NCBI GenBank assembly: GCA_043228905.1
Contig: JBHGNT010000002.1
Location: 744,001 to 808,000, forward strand
DNA from: Azolla caroliniana
Taxonomy: Eukaryota > Plantae > Polypodiophyta
DNA length: 64,000 bases
Reading direction: 5' to 3'
Positions 1 through 12,588 of the stretch are shown one piece after another. The stretch's first letter is position 1. Each line of letters starts with the position of its first letter. The position numbers and the translations under genes are program-made. The notes beneath the pieces were generated by a model. It made no database searches, had not been told where the DNA came from, and worked only from the letters and a program-made list of their open reading frames with translations.

Positions 1-2095
1 GGAACTAGTTGATAAAGATGTGGATAATATATTTGAGTTTGAATTTGTTAAGTTTAGTTTTATACGCAAATTCCAATTGGATAAAATACATTTCTATAGG
101 AAATATGGATCCTAAGAGCCAATTCAGATTCAATGGTCATGTTTGTTACAAAAATCAACTCATAAACTCGTACATTTAAGGAAATCTCGTGGCAATTCAT
201 GAGTTTGAGTGCAACAATGAAACATTTGAAGTTTTGTATGTTGCCTTGACAACTTCAGGTTCGTCAAAACCAATGGGTACTTTGCTATGCATGCATTTCT
301 TTTCTCGAGTCGGTGATTGTAAAGCAAGCATTTACTTTTTTTTCAAATTCAATTCTTTGGACCAAAGGCTAGTAACCAACCACTATGATCTTGTCTACAC
401 CTAAGTTATATCAAAGGTATATACAGAGTTATGACATGGCAAAGTCATTGTACTTTGCCAATTTAATTTGGCTATCAAACATTTTTTTTCTATAGGACTA
501 TGCTTTCATAAACCACTTGTATAATGTCCCATGTCACGATTGTTCCCCACTCAAGGAGGATTGTGAAGACAAGGCATTGGTCAGAGGCAAGTGATACTCA
601 ATGCTCATGGTCTTGTTGCCACTATCCAATTGACCCTCCAAATGAGAACCACATAGATCGCATGCATATTCAATCCTACTCTTCTTTCATTGAAACACAA
701 CACAATAATCATATTCTCACATATGGAACTCATTCCAAATGACACTAGGGATAGCAAGGAGTTTATGCCCATGTGTTATACATCGACCCCTACCCCTCTT
801 ACAATTGTTGAGTACTAACGTAGGCACACTCCAAGTATTCAATCACATCTTATGCATGCATCTAACCTATGTGAATCCCCACTCTTTGACAAGGTTGTCT
901 AAGTCCATTGTCTTGATTCCCGCCTCATTGAATCACAAAGTTTTCCACATTTTCCCACGTGGGAAGAGACCACTTTTCTCATGTTTCCCTACCATGTTTA
1001 TATTACGAGCTTTTGATGTGAGGCTCCCCGTGTCTAAAAATGTGTTGAAGAGTAACCCTCCACCCTCAATGTACATAGCTAGGTATGTTTCCCCTTGCAT
1101 ATAGAAGCTAATTATGTGAGATTCTAATCATAAGTGTCAGACTCATATCGACAACCAACATGTTGGATGGTAGACACAAGCTAAGATACACAAATTGTGG
1201 TTTATGATCTCGTAACCTAGGCTGGATTTATCTCTACATGGAATCATGTGGGAGTTTGAATGGGGCCAAAGAGTCCTCTACTCATCATGACATGTGTGCT
1301 TGCTCTAATTTGGTGGATACAGGTTGCTTAAAGTTCCTCATACGTCTTTATTCACTTTATGAGAACCAAAATTATCGATTTAAAACTCAAATTTTGAATT
1401 GACAATTCAAGGAGAGAGAAATATCATGCACCCAAAGGCTTTGAGAGTAATAATACATGTAGTATAGCTCCTCAATCAACAACGGATGAAACTATATGAA
1501 TATTTAGGTCTATTTGTTTTGTCATGATGTTGATAGATAACAAGCACTCGACATAACATGCCTAAGGTAAATTGGTACAAATAGACTTCAGGACCAATTT
1601 TCTGGTTTCTCTTATACTAAGCATGACCACGACTATGTTGCATTTTTCCAATGGTATAGGACATGGGAGGACTTCATGCTAACTCATAGACCTTAGCTAG
1701 GTGGAGAGTTATATATCTTCGCCTAATGGCCTCATCTTTTATGACTTCATTAACCACTCTTTAGTGATTATAGTTATTGTTAATGATACGTCAAAGTAGA
1801 AACTATATATATTACTAACCTTCTAGAGTTGTTCTCCTTTTATTCTTCCTTTATTTTGAAACACACCCATTGAGGAAAATTTCCCAAGTTAGAAGACGCT
1901 CCCTCCCCCCGACCCCCCTTCCCTCATTTTTTGTGCATCCCTCAACATTATGAGCTTCTACAATCAAGGATTTAGTGTGTATAAATAGAGTTATGGTTAT
2001 TTTTTGCTTTGGTATACAGAATGTTGAAAAACTTAACCGGGAACCTTTGGATGGGGGTCCAATGCATGTAAAACCTCTTAGCTTGATCATTATAA

Positions 2096-2437
2096 CTGTT
2101 AAAGCTAGATCCTAATGTAAGCATGAGATAAAGATATAATAGATAGGAAAATAAGAGAGGAGAGAGAAAGAAGTGTGTTGATCCACCCGACCACCCCCGA
2201 TCAAAGGGATCGAGACAGACTCAAGCTTACCATGAAGACATACATTTTGAGAGATAAAGATATAATAGATAGGAAAATAAGAGAGGAGAGAGAAAGAAGT
2301 GTGTTGATCCACCCGACCACCCCCGATCGAAGGGATCGAGACAGACTCGAGCTTACCATGAAGACATACATTTTGAACTTGCAAGGATTCGAACTCATGG
2401 CGTCTTGGTCTATATGTTAGACCTTTAACCATTATAA
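2096..2437 (-). mobile_element. Putative tRNA-derived SINE-like element
   Basis: The minus strand reads ATAATGGTTAA (A-box/D-loop-like), GGTCT-AACATAT-AGACC (anticodon-arm-like hairpin) and GAGTTCGAATCC (B box/T-loop). The direct repeat CATTATAA occurs at 2088-2095 and 2430-2437. Confidence 0.45.
2125..2376. repeat. 126-bp tandem duplication (2 near-identical copies)
   Basis: GAGATAAAGATATAATAG...GACATACATTTTGA occurs at 2125-2250 and again at 2251-2376. Confidence 0.95.
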
Positions 2438-2470
2438 TAATATATATGATGTATGGTTATAATAAATATA

Positions 2471-2572
2471 GGAAATTGGTAAATTCACAGTTTTTTCTGT
2501 ATTTTCACAGTTTTTTGGGGGGGAATGGAATCTGACTATCATTTGTAATTAACTGTGAATTTACCAATTTCC
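2471..2572. mobile_element. MITE (102 bp) with 22-bp perfect TIRs and 8-bp TSD (hAT or Mutator type)
   Basis: TIRs are GGAAATTGGTAAATTCACAGTT (2471-2492) and AACTGTGAATTTACCAATTTCC (2551-2572). TAAATATA flanks both sides (2463-2470, 2573-2580). Confidence 0.9.
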
Positions 2573-2797
2573 TAAATATATTATTAGTTATTACAAGATA
2601 TTTAGAGTATTCTAGAATATTTCATTATTATATCAAATATAAATATCTAAAATATTCTAGAACATTCTAGAATACTCCATAAGGACCTACAAATAATTCA
2701 TTCATCACAACTCATTTGGTTCAACACTAGTCTTTAGCCTTTAGCTTACTCTTTGTAACCTTGTTTTCTCATAATATAATCTCATCTCCATTTCTTG

Positions 2798-2800
<3 letters not shown>

Positions 2801-2842
<42 letters not shown>
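2801..2842. repeat. (CT)n microsatellite
   Basis: Uninterrupted TC dinucleotide run. Similar runs lie at ~3938-3968 (CT), ~4461-4483 (GA) and 4195-4226 (CTCAGC)n. Confidence 0.95.
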
Positions 2843-2844
<2 letters not shown>

Positions 2845-3934
2845 GAATCATGACAGAGCCTTGATCGACGTCCCATACCACCGTCGTGGCATCGAGTCGT
2901 ACCTGGTACTAGCGTGCACGCTACAAGAGTTTGATCCACCACAAGGACAAAGTCTCGACGTAGTCAAGAGATGTAAAATGAGGGTAGTTAGGCCTCATAT
3001 TTATAGCTTGATCTAAGGCTTGCATGCAAGTTGACACTTGGCCTTAATGGGTTGTCTCAATCCCAAGGATTAAAAGTAATCCTTCCCTTCTTTACACTCT
3101 CGTTTAACCCTCACACTTTATCCACGTGTATAGAATACTACGGTACAATCTTACCACGGGATATTATATGGTCATGCCCGTAACAATAACCACTTAAGAA
3201 GGGGTGGTTATATGATCATGCTAGACAAATTGCACTTTCTCTACATTGAGTTGCGAACTACCCAAACATTGGACAATTCTTCACGTGTGGGTGAATATAA
3301 GATACCTTGTGGAAGTTCCTCAACCAAACATAGGTTGAATTTTCTCTTGAATGTTTAAAAACTTTGATCATGTTGAATTGAATAAAGGAGGGAACCAAAT
3401 CTGGAAGATGGCAATAGATGGAGAAATAAATAAATATTCTTACTGTCCTTGGATGACAATTATGATATAGGAGCGGAACATTTTCATGTATGTATAGATA
3501 GTAGAATTGGGTAGTGATTCTCAATATTCAAGATATCAAACTAAAATGTGGTTGAAGCCCTAGCATTTAATGGAAGCGTGATTCTTAGAACTCGGAAGCT
3601 TGTGGTGGAATATAATTGATGTACAAAGGGATGGGCTCTAGCACATAGCAATGAGCATGATTTCCTCGTTCAAAGAATAAGATGGTTTTACCGTTTGTGC
3701 AACATATGTAAAATAGTACGTGAAACATGAGCCTCCACAATATTCCCAAGACTTGTGTAAGATGGTGTTATAAGAAAAAGCTTGATTTCCCATGTGGTTC
3801 TAAGCACGTGCAAAGGTTTTTTATCAAAGCGCATCCTAGGCCCAATTTTGAGAGGCTCATCTCATTGTTGCAGGCTCAATGTAATGCAAAACCATCTCGC
3901 CACGTGCATATGGGCCTCAAACATACACACAAAT

Positions 3935-3975
<41 letters not shown>

Positions 3976-4448
3976 ATTGTAATTAACTAACCCTATTGAT
4001 AAGTTTGTTAGACCACCGGCTGGAAACCCTAACTTTCCCATCTCCTCTATTACTTGAAAGTTATCCTCTTAATTTACTTGAGGATGCCATTGTGGAATGT
4101 AGGGGGTTAAACACCTTGACCTCTTCTTGGTCTCCATTGGACAACCTTACTAAGTGAGCTAACATCATCCATATAGGGTTTTTGCCTTATCTTTCTCAGC
4201 CTCAGCCTCAGCCTCAGCCTCAGCCTCTTTCTGTGAAGACGTTTGAATCACACATAAATAAATAGCATCTCATCTCATTTCATTTCATCTCTGCAGGACA
4301 TTAATTCTTCTTATTACCCCCCTTTTTCCTTCTTCCTCCTCTGTTTCTCTCTCTGTCTCTGTGTCTTTTCTCTGTGCCCGTCTGTCTGGGACTCAAGGCC
4401 CTTTTCTTTTGTTCGTTTTACCACAGAGAGAGACAGAGAAAAACAGAG

Positions 4449-4479
<31 letters not shown>

Positions 4480-5432
4480 GAGAGGTACAAAGGCGGCCAG
4501 TAAAGGACCCCACCCTCCCTCACTCACTCACTCACTCACTCTGTTCAGAAAAATGACCGTGCGACAAAAAACAAAACGAAATACCTCACAGACACAGAGA
4601 AAGAAAGAAAAACTAATAACTTCGTTTCTTTTCCATTAGTTTAATCTTTTCCCACTGTTCCCGGTCTATCTTTCTATCTATGTTCCTTCCCTCCTCCTCC
4701 TCCGCCTCCACCTTTCTTCTTCTTCTTCGCTTTCTTGTTACTGCTCATTTGCCCACCAAGCTTTCATGGCGAGCTCTCCCTAAAAAAAGACACAGTTACA
4801 ATGATGCAGTAAGAAGCCGTTACTATGATGTTTTGAGAAGCGTGCACTAAGGGTTTTGTGTAGTCATATCATATGCAGCGAAACAGTCACCTGGTCTTTC
4901 ACCGTCTCCTTGCGATTGTATCTTAGGGTTGTTAAATTTGTGTTGTTCAGTATTTTTAGGTTTCTTTTTTCATGTATTACCATGTCTGTTTCTTCTCTCT
5001 TTTATTTTTCTCTGTATAGCCATCCAATGGGCGCTTTGTAGAGATTTAACTTTTCCAGCTAAACCTGTAACTATTATCTGTTTGAAGCTTTCCATTAAAC
5101 GGAAATACCTAAAGGAGCTTCTTTAACGACACTCCTGCATCGGAACTAGAAAGAAACGAACAAAGAATGGAAAAACAGAGAATCGGTGCATGATTTCAGG
5201 TGAATATAAGTTTTCATTCACGTTGCAATAATTATGTATTGAAGTTTTCCATTAAAGCTGTGCTCACCACTGAGGAGGAATCTCCAGCTAGATCACATAA
5301 GAAGAATCAGAGTTATAGAAGGTACAAGAAGGAACCAAAAAGAAAGAAAAAGCAGCAGATAAAGAGAGATTTAATTTATATCAGGTTAAGAAACAATGGT
5401 TTCTTCAAGAAGTTAATCAAAAGAGTGGAGAA

Positions 5433-7034
5433 ATGAGTGGATTAGGGCCATTAGGAATTGGTGTAATTGTAGCATTTATAGTATTTATTCTCTTTGTAAT
5501 GATAGAGATTTATTCTTTTATATTGAAGAAGAAGAAACGGAGAACAAGAGACAGAAGGGGAATGATGATGAGCATAGAAGAAACGCATCAAAGAAGTTGT
5601 GAAGTTGTGATCATGCATGAAGTTTACGTTAATAAGCCTGATGCATCCGAGATAAGTAATACAGAGAATGTAAACAAATGGCCATCCATCGGGTTCATGA
5701 AGACGAAGATGAAGAAATGTATGAATTGGTTAATCTTGAGAAGCATAGGAATGGCTAAAGATAGTGTGATTATGCTTCAATGGAGCCTCTTAAAGATTAG
5801 TTATTATATTAGTAGAAAAAGTATAGATGGAAATAGAGAGGGCATCGATGGAAAAAGAGATGGCGTTTGTGAAAGTACAGATGTTAAGGTTCCGATGGAT
5901 ATGAAGAAGAAGAGGAAGAAGAAGCATGGTGTTGAAAGAATGATATCAGATGGATTCGAAGCACATAAAGAAGAAGAAGAACAAGAAAGAAAAATTAGAG
6001 AAGACTGCGTAGGAGAAGGAGAAGAATGCGAGGATGAAGATGAAGATATCTTCAAAATTGGTGGATTATGGGGTCCTCCGAGGTTACTATTCACAATTGC
6101 CGAAGAAACGAAGGAAGAGATGGACCTTGAATTAGATGAAGAAAAGAAGCCAGATGATGATAATAAAGAAGAAGAAGAAGAAGAAGAAGAAGAAGAAGAA
6201 GGTGGGGATGATGAAGTACCAGCGAATAGCAGAGGAAAGAATGGTGATGGAAATAGCAGAAAGGGTTCTCGAGCTGCTTCTTCTTCGTCGACTGAGTTCT
6301 TGCAGTTACTTATGGTACCCTCATCATCATCTTGTTCATCGCCATATCTAACCCCTCCATCTTCTCCACCATTCATCACTCCATTAGGCTCACCAGCTTA
6401 TTCTTCTTCTGTAGCACTATCTAAACTTCACTTACCTCCTTCATGTCTTATCATTCCTTCTTCTTCTTCTTCTTCTTCATCTTCCGTCGAATTCGATAAT
6501 GTTTCTTCTTCTTCTACAAATTCATCTTCGTCCCCATTACCACAGAGCCGCCCATCTTTTGATGAATCTTCTTCCTCTTCCTCTTCATCATTATCATCAT
6601 CATCATCATCGGCTTCGTTTTCATCTTCTTCTTCGGCCTCCTCTTCTTCTCAGTCATTTTCTCCTCCTCCACTAATGATGCCTAGAAATCAACAACGCGG
6701 CCCTCTCAGCCTTCTCTTTCATGAACCTCTTTCTTCTACTGCTTCTCTTTCTCCTTCTTCATCTCTCTATCATGCCCACATTAGGCGAGTCCACCCTATC
6801 TCTCCACCGCCTAATCCCCTTGATGGAAACCCAATCTCGTCTTCTTCTTCTTCTTTTAAGAAGTCTCCCTCAGCTGAGCTTTCCTCAGTGGTTTCTCCTT
6901 CCTCTGCTTGCACTAATTGCCCTCCACGTTTCGTCATTCCTGCCTTCTCTAAGCCCACCACTCCCTCACCCTTTCGCCATGTCTTTCAGCAAAAAATATG
7001 TAATGGGCACCGAGTTAGTCTTCAAATACAGTGA
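5433..7034 (+). CDS. Plant-specific uncharacterized single-pass membrane protein (At5g59350/At2g39560-like), acidic and Ser/Pro-rich, intronless, 533 aa
   Basis: N-terminal hydrophobic helix (GIGVIVAFIVFILFVMIEIYSFIL) followed by KKKRR. The motifs GPPRLLFTIAEETKEEMDLE and YLTPPSSPPFITP match my recollection of this family. Long poly-Glu and poly-Ser tracts come from GAA/TCT repeats. Confidence 0.8.
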   Translation: MSGLGPLGIGVIVAFIVFILFVMIEIYSFILKKKKRRTRDRRGMMMSIEETHQRSCEVVIMHEVYVNKPDASEISNTENVNKWPSIGFMKTKMKKCMNWLILRSIGMAKDSVIMLQWSLLKISYYISRKSIDGNREGIDGKRDGVCESTDVKVPMDMKKKRKKKHGVERMISDGFEAHKEEEEQERKIREDCVGEGEECEDEDEDIFKIGGLWGPPRLLFTIAEETKEEMDLELDEEKKPDDDNKEEEEEEEEEEEGGDDEVPANSRGKNGDGNSRKGSRAASSSSTEFLQLLMVPSSSSCSSPYLTPPSSPPFITPLGSPAYSSSVALSKLHLPPSCLIIPSSSSSSSSSVEFDNVSSSSTNSSSSPLPQSRPSFDESSSSSSSSLSSSSSSASFSSSSSASSSSQSFSPPPLMMPRNQQRGPLSLLFHEPLSSTASLSPSSSLYHAHIRRVHPISPPPNPLDGNPISSSSSSFKKSPSAELSSVVSPSSACTNCPPRFVIPAFSKPTTPSPFRHVFQQKICNGHRVSLQIQ

Positions 7035-10000
7035 AACCTTACCCTAAGCCTAACCCTGAACCCAACTCACAAGCTAAACCTTAAACAAAATCCCATGCCT
7101 CAGCCCAACTTTGATCTAAAACCCGAAATACAGAACCTGATTACTCTAAAGCCCTATTCCTAACTGCAGCTTGTGCTCAGAGATCTGCAACTACTCATAA
7201 AGGCTACTCTATCCTTTTTTAGGGTTAGCTCACAAGTGGTAAATTGAACCAGTGGATGATATGATCATTGCAGCAAAGATGTGTTTGACAGCATGGGAAC
7301 CATTATGTAGCTGAGCTACCGTGGATTCCTATATATATTAACAATGTGCTATGGAAAAGGATACATTTAACTGTCCGCATTCTTCTCTGTTTCTGTGGTA
7401 TGTATTTCCTGTTATTCACCCAAAATACTAAGTTAATTCACATGGTCTCTTCTTAGGCTTCACTTAGAATGAAAACTTTTATCATGGTACTATGTATGGT
7501 TTGTATATTCGTTGCACATAATTCTCTGTTCTCCATATGCTTGCTCTGTTTGTGGGCTGTCTATCAAAGGTTTGTATATGTCACTATGCAACACAATTTG
7601 ACCTCCTCCTGAAGATGAATGTATACTCGATTATATGGCTTTGAAAAATAAACCAACTTCAGACATTACCAGAGAAATGGATGTGAAATACCATTTGCAT
7701 CAACATATGTTACACACAAACTCCATGTTGAGATATATTTTACATATCAGGATGTAAATGAAAACAGAAAGAAACTGATGAATGTTGGGAAGGGTGATTC
7801 TGTGATTGAAACATTTGTGCAATAACCCCTTTAAGAGGCGATAAGCTAGAGAGACTTGTCCATCAATTATTATATGGATTGATCGGGTTCAAATGGCTAT
7901 GATATGAATATGTAGACCCAGGATTTTCATACTTATTTAAAGGGCTAGACATGTGGGTTACTCTGTGTATGCATAATGCGGCAGCACATGGTTTTTGTAG
8001 TTATGGTTTGGACATGGCCCCATGATTATATGAAGGACTAGCAACTTCTAATAGGTGATGAACATGGAGATTGCAGTTATGGGGTATGGGACAACGATCA
8101 TCATGGGCATCTTTCATGCCCAGAGCAGCTAGAGGGTAACTGGTTTAGTAGAGAGTTCTCTGAATTGTAAGCTTTTTTTATGCTGTTGAACCCGGATATT
8201 GCAGAGGTAAAAATGCAAAGGTAACCCCTAAACATTAATGTGTAATCGGATATTACAGAATTTCCGTTTGTAGTAGCAGAAGGAAGAGGGCATGTCCGTC
8301 ATTTCTGAAATACTTTGTGATATTTTGTTATTATATTGCATGTATGCGTAGGAAGAGCAGCTCTTGTGTTCATGATGCTTAACATCAGTTTTGTATTTTG
8401 TCTATGCTGGCATTGGTTAGGTTACTCTTTGAATGTAGTGACTACATATTCCCTGAGGATTATTGCTCCAGACAAAATGTAGTCTTTGATCCCAACGATA
8501 TTGTTTAAGATTGGATCTTATTTGTAGTCATATAGACTTCATTGTAAAGCAGCATTTCTCTGAAACATTTATCTTAATGGTGAACATGCAAGTATGGTTT
8601 GCTGGAGCCTTGGCTAACGATTCATTTGAAGGTTGTTTCACTGCTGCAAGGAGCATTAATGAGGCCTCGTTTTTGCTCCTAGAGAATGCCATTCGTATTT
8701 ATGAATAGTTTTCCTAATAAAGTCATGGTGTCGCAGGATTACTAGAAACCACTCTCTTTTTGTTAAGTACGACATTATTATGTCTTTGATATAGATGTCA
8801 CTTTCTTTTAAATGAATGAAAATTTGAAGATAAAAAAGTTGCAAACAAAATGAATTCGATGCGCTCTAATTGGTAAAGCTTGTTTCATATAGAAAAGGTG
8901 ATTTAAGTTGTAGTTATTCGATGAGCTATGCAATGATTATTGCAAGCCATCTCCATATTATGATATTTTATTGCTATGCTATGTAATATATATACGATCT
9001 TTCTTTTCTGCTTTACACTATTTTCAAAGGTTTATTATCATCTTTACAATATAGACGAGTATATTTCTTACCGGCAAGATCATTGTTTTATCTTCACTTT
9101 TTGTACCCCTGCTCTTCTTTTCCGTAAAAACACATGGAAACAATTTAATGTTCATTGTTTGTTTTACTTTTTTTTTGTACAAAGGTTTCTTTAAAGCAGC
9201 AGATGTAATTTTTCTTTTTCTTTATATTAAGCAATCGGTGGAGGTTTAGTACTTCATGCATGGAATAATAAACTATATGAGGAATTTATGTATACAATGC
9301 TCAAACCTAAGTTATACATATTTCTATCAAAAACTTGTTCCATGCGTATGTTCCAAAATTTGAAATAATTTCCGTAAGTTTTTTGTTTAGGGAACTAGCA
9401 CACTTCTTTTGACCTATAAAGGTCAAGACTGCAGTATTTCTTTGAATCCAATTTGAAAAGACAAGGAAAAGAACTTATTGTGACTTGTCTTCGTTTACGT
9501 TCGAAAATTCCCCAACCATTTAACTATAGAAAATATGTAAACAAATTCATATACACATGGATTTTAAGTTGGATCCAATATCGAAGGACTTCCCTATGTA
9601 ACCAGATGTCAATGTGAGCTTTTATCACGATGAATTCAAGATGCGACCACTTATTGACAATGTCAAAGAATTCAAAAGTAAACATTTATAATGCTAACAT
9701 TCCAATCTATAAGATTGCAAAGATGTGACTTTCGTGTTTGTTCTGCTTTGATTGCTAATAAAGTATTTGGATCCTTGTTTGTTAAATAATGGGTCCGTTT
9801 TAGACCATTCAACAATTCACTAGAATATTTATCACTTGAAATTGAGTGAAATTGTCATTTATCTCGTTAATCTTACAAGGCCTCGTTTCTATATTATTTT
9901 TCAGTGAGATTCCAAACTTTTATGTGCATGGATGGTTTGAGTCACATGTCTACTAGCATATATTGTCTGTACGAAAAAACATAGTAAATAGTAAGGATGG

Positions 10001-10383
10001 TGTTTGAACTTGGGAGTGCACATGAGGTGCTCACTGCTACTAGCACTATGCCCAAGAGGTAAAGAATGAGTATTTGTGTGCTCAATGATTTTCCTAATGC
10101 ATATATTCCTCATGCATTCATAAAAAAAAGGAAAGGAAAATTCCCAAACAGTTTCCCTTCAACTTGTTGAAGAAAGACCATGATATTTATTTTTAACACT
10201 TTCATAACATGAATTGGCAGTTATTCAAGTAGAGTATAATGTTCAACAGTGTTTAAAACAGAATTCAAGAGGCATTGCCACTACAAGTTTTGTATATATA
10301 ATGTTGTGAAATCCTTTCTGAACTGTCTCATGAAGGGTAATGATTACAAAATAGCTCATTGATCAAATATTCACAGGTTTGTC

Positions 10384-11501
10384 TCATTTTTTTTCATCGA
10401 TTGGAGTGGTAGGGGTTTGTTTTGCAATTATTTCTTCTTGCCATTGTTGTGGTGTCAAGGCTTTCTTCACTGACAGAGCATGGATACTCTTCATCTCTTC
10501 TTCAAGTGCCATGTTCACAAGTCGATGCCTTTCAAGAAGGCGTTTCCCTTCAAATGCTGTCGACACTATCTCAACATTAAAGCTTGCACCACATCTGAAC
10601 AAAACCCATGTGAAATAATAAAATACCCTTAGAAATCAATGGAAAGATTAAAAACCTATCATTACAACATTCTGGTTGTATGAAGAGCTTACCCTCCAGA
10701 GATATCAACAACATTCTGGTTTTTGGTTTTGCATAAACGGTTGCAATCAGTGGTAGTAATCCAAAATTTAAAAAAACAACAAAATGTCAGTGTGCATATG
10801 TATACAAAACATATGCATGTATATAAAGCAAAGGCTTTACACCATATCAAAATACGAATCCTCAAAGAAAATCTATTTCACATTTATGAACTGCACCTGA
10901 AACAGAGAGCTGGATTCACTGTTTGAATGTTATTCATTCATATAACTATCCATGAAACGAAGAAAGAATTTTCAAATTTTTTCCATTTCACTTTATCATT
11001 TACAAACCAAGCATATATCATTAACGTAACCAACTATACATGGAACAGATAAAGGATTCTTTACTCATTACATATCAACAGTGCTCTAATGATCATATAG
11101 ACTTCCCAGAAACCGACACTTATTCAGCCCAAACATAGAGAAAACAGAACAATAACGGAGTACTTTGTGAAACAAAATGGGCTGAAAACCCTATTTGCTT
11201 ATCTGAGTAAATATATAGATATATGTATGAATTAAAGAATAGGAGCAATCGATTGAAAACATTGAAATTCAACAAGAAAACATCATCAGGAAGAGAAAGA
11301 CGGCATTTTAGAAAGAAAGAAAAAAGGTATGTAGATATTTGACATTGAGAAGGAAGTCCAGATATAAAGGGAAAGGGAAAACAGGGAGAAAAACTAGATG
11401 ATCTTTTTGCTGTCTTTTTCTTTGTGTATGAGTGGGGACTTGGAAAATACCCCTGAGCTTCAGCAAATACACATAGGGAAAGACAAAGAAAAAAAACTGT
11501 G

Positions 11502-11533
<32 letters not shown>

Positions 11534-11632
11534 AGTACATGCAGACTATGAAGGAGAACAGAAAATTACCAGGAAGATGGGTTTCAGTTTCTGGTTGAGG
11601 GCAGTTTCCACAGCTTCCTTCGAATCGCCCAT
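10384..11632 (-). CDS. BOLA2: BolA-like protein (BOLA2 type), 3 exons
   Basis: Exons 11632-11570 (MGDSKEAVETALNQKLKPIFL), 10715-10693 (NVVDISGG) and 10594-10384 (CGASFNVEIVSTAFEGKRLLERHRLVN...IHALSVKKALTPQQW). GT-AG sites are phase-consistent. BolA motifs SGGCG, FEGKRLLERHRLVN and IHAL are present. Confidence 0.93.
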
Positions 11633-11829
11633 GTGCGGATAGAGATTCGATCTCTGTACCCCTGCTTCAAAATTGTACACAACACAGATCTCTCTCTCCC
11701 TCTTCCTCTCTCCCTCTCTGCCTTATAATCCGCCAACACAATTCCGAAAATACCCCTCTCACTCTTTTGTCTCTATTGCAACATAAACTGATATACATAC
11801 ATACATACACACACACACACATGCATGCA

Positions 11830-12002
11830 ACATTCATTAAGTGTAGGGAAAATCTAGCCGTAACGTTTTCTAAAACTCCTTGAATACCCCTCTGTTCTCT
11901 TTTTCGAAAACCTCGACATTCATTATGTGTAGGGAAAATCTACCCATAATGTTTCCTAAAACTCCTCGAATACCCCTTTGTTCTCTTTTTCGGAAACCTC
12001 AG
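11830..12002. repeat. ~86-bp tandem duplication upstream of BolA
   Basis: ACATTCATTA(A/T)GTGTAGGGAAAATCTA...TTTTTCG(A/G)AAACCTC starts at 11830 and again at 11916. Confidence 0.9.
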
Positions 12003-12588
12003 CGTATTCTCCATGATGACTCACCCGTTTGGGCGGCGAATTAAATGTCTCTTTTCAAAAAGGAAGTACATTTGATCATTGCAAAGGTGTTGACATGCCT
12101 GCTGAATAAAGACGTGACATCTCCTATTGGCATATATGCAATAACGAGAGAAATTTTGGCAAGTTGTAGCTGAAGAGCTATAATAAAGTGGGCGTGCATC
12201 AATACCAAATTGGTATGTCATATCAAGAAAAGGTAACACATTTTTGCCTTGAAGCATAACATACCACCCCCTTTATGGAGTCACTTATGTCATGTTTCCA
12301 AACATTTTTAAGCACAACATAGAGCTCAGCATAATAAGTATTTCTCCGAATTCTTTTCGTTAGTTTTCATCTTATCATGTCCTTTTACGATCGTTTGCAT
12401 TAGAAAACAAATTTCAACAATTTTATGCAAAAACAACCTTTAGCTAGGAAGTCCAACTTTTTCACCTAAAATCCTAAACATTCTTAAATGATTGCCATGA
12501 CCATAGACAACCATTCTTATACATTCAGATGCTTCACAATCTCCGTTAATTTGCCTCACATGTGAAGAAGCGATTACCTCTAGCACTA

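Noticed and set aside
189-1104. Short ORFs at the window start
   Set aside because: No recognisable motif on either strand. Probably decayed repeat DNA.
2125-2376. Repeats considered as a CRISPR-like array or a functional tRNA gene
   Set aside because: Only two contiguous copies, no spacers, and a eukaryotic context. The adjacent tRNA-like head lacks an acceptor stem.
2860-3760. Possible decayed LTR-retrotransposon internal region after (CT)n and a weak PBS-like GACAGAGCC
   Set aside because: No convincing PBS, LTR pair or protein motif.
5200-5436. Overlapping upstream ORF ending in ATGA at the main start
   Set aside because: It starts with GTG and is A-rich and low in complexity. There is no evidence of translation.
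5804-6379. 191-aa antisense ORF
   Set aside because: Shadow of the GAA-rich sense strand, which leaves few antisense stops.
7800-9900. Coding-like stretches between the membrane-protein gene and BolA
   Set aside because: Frames are broken by stops and no family is recognisable.
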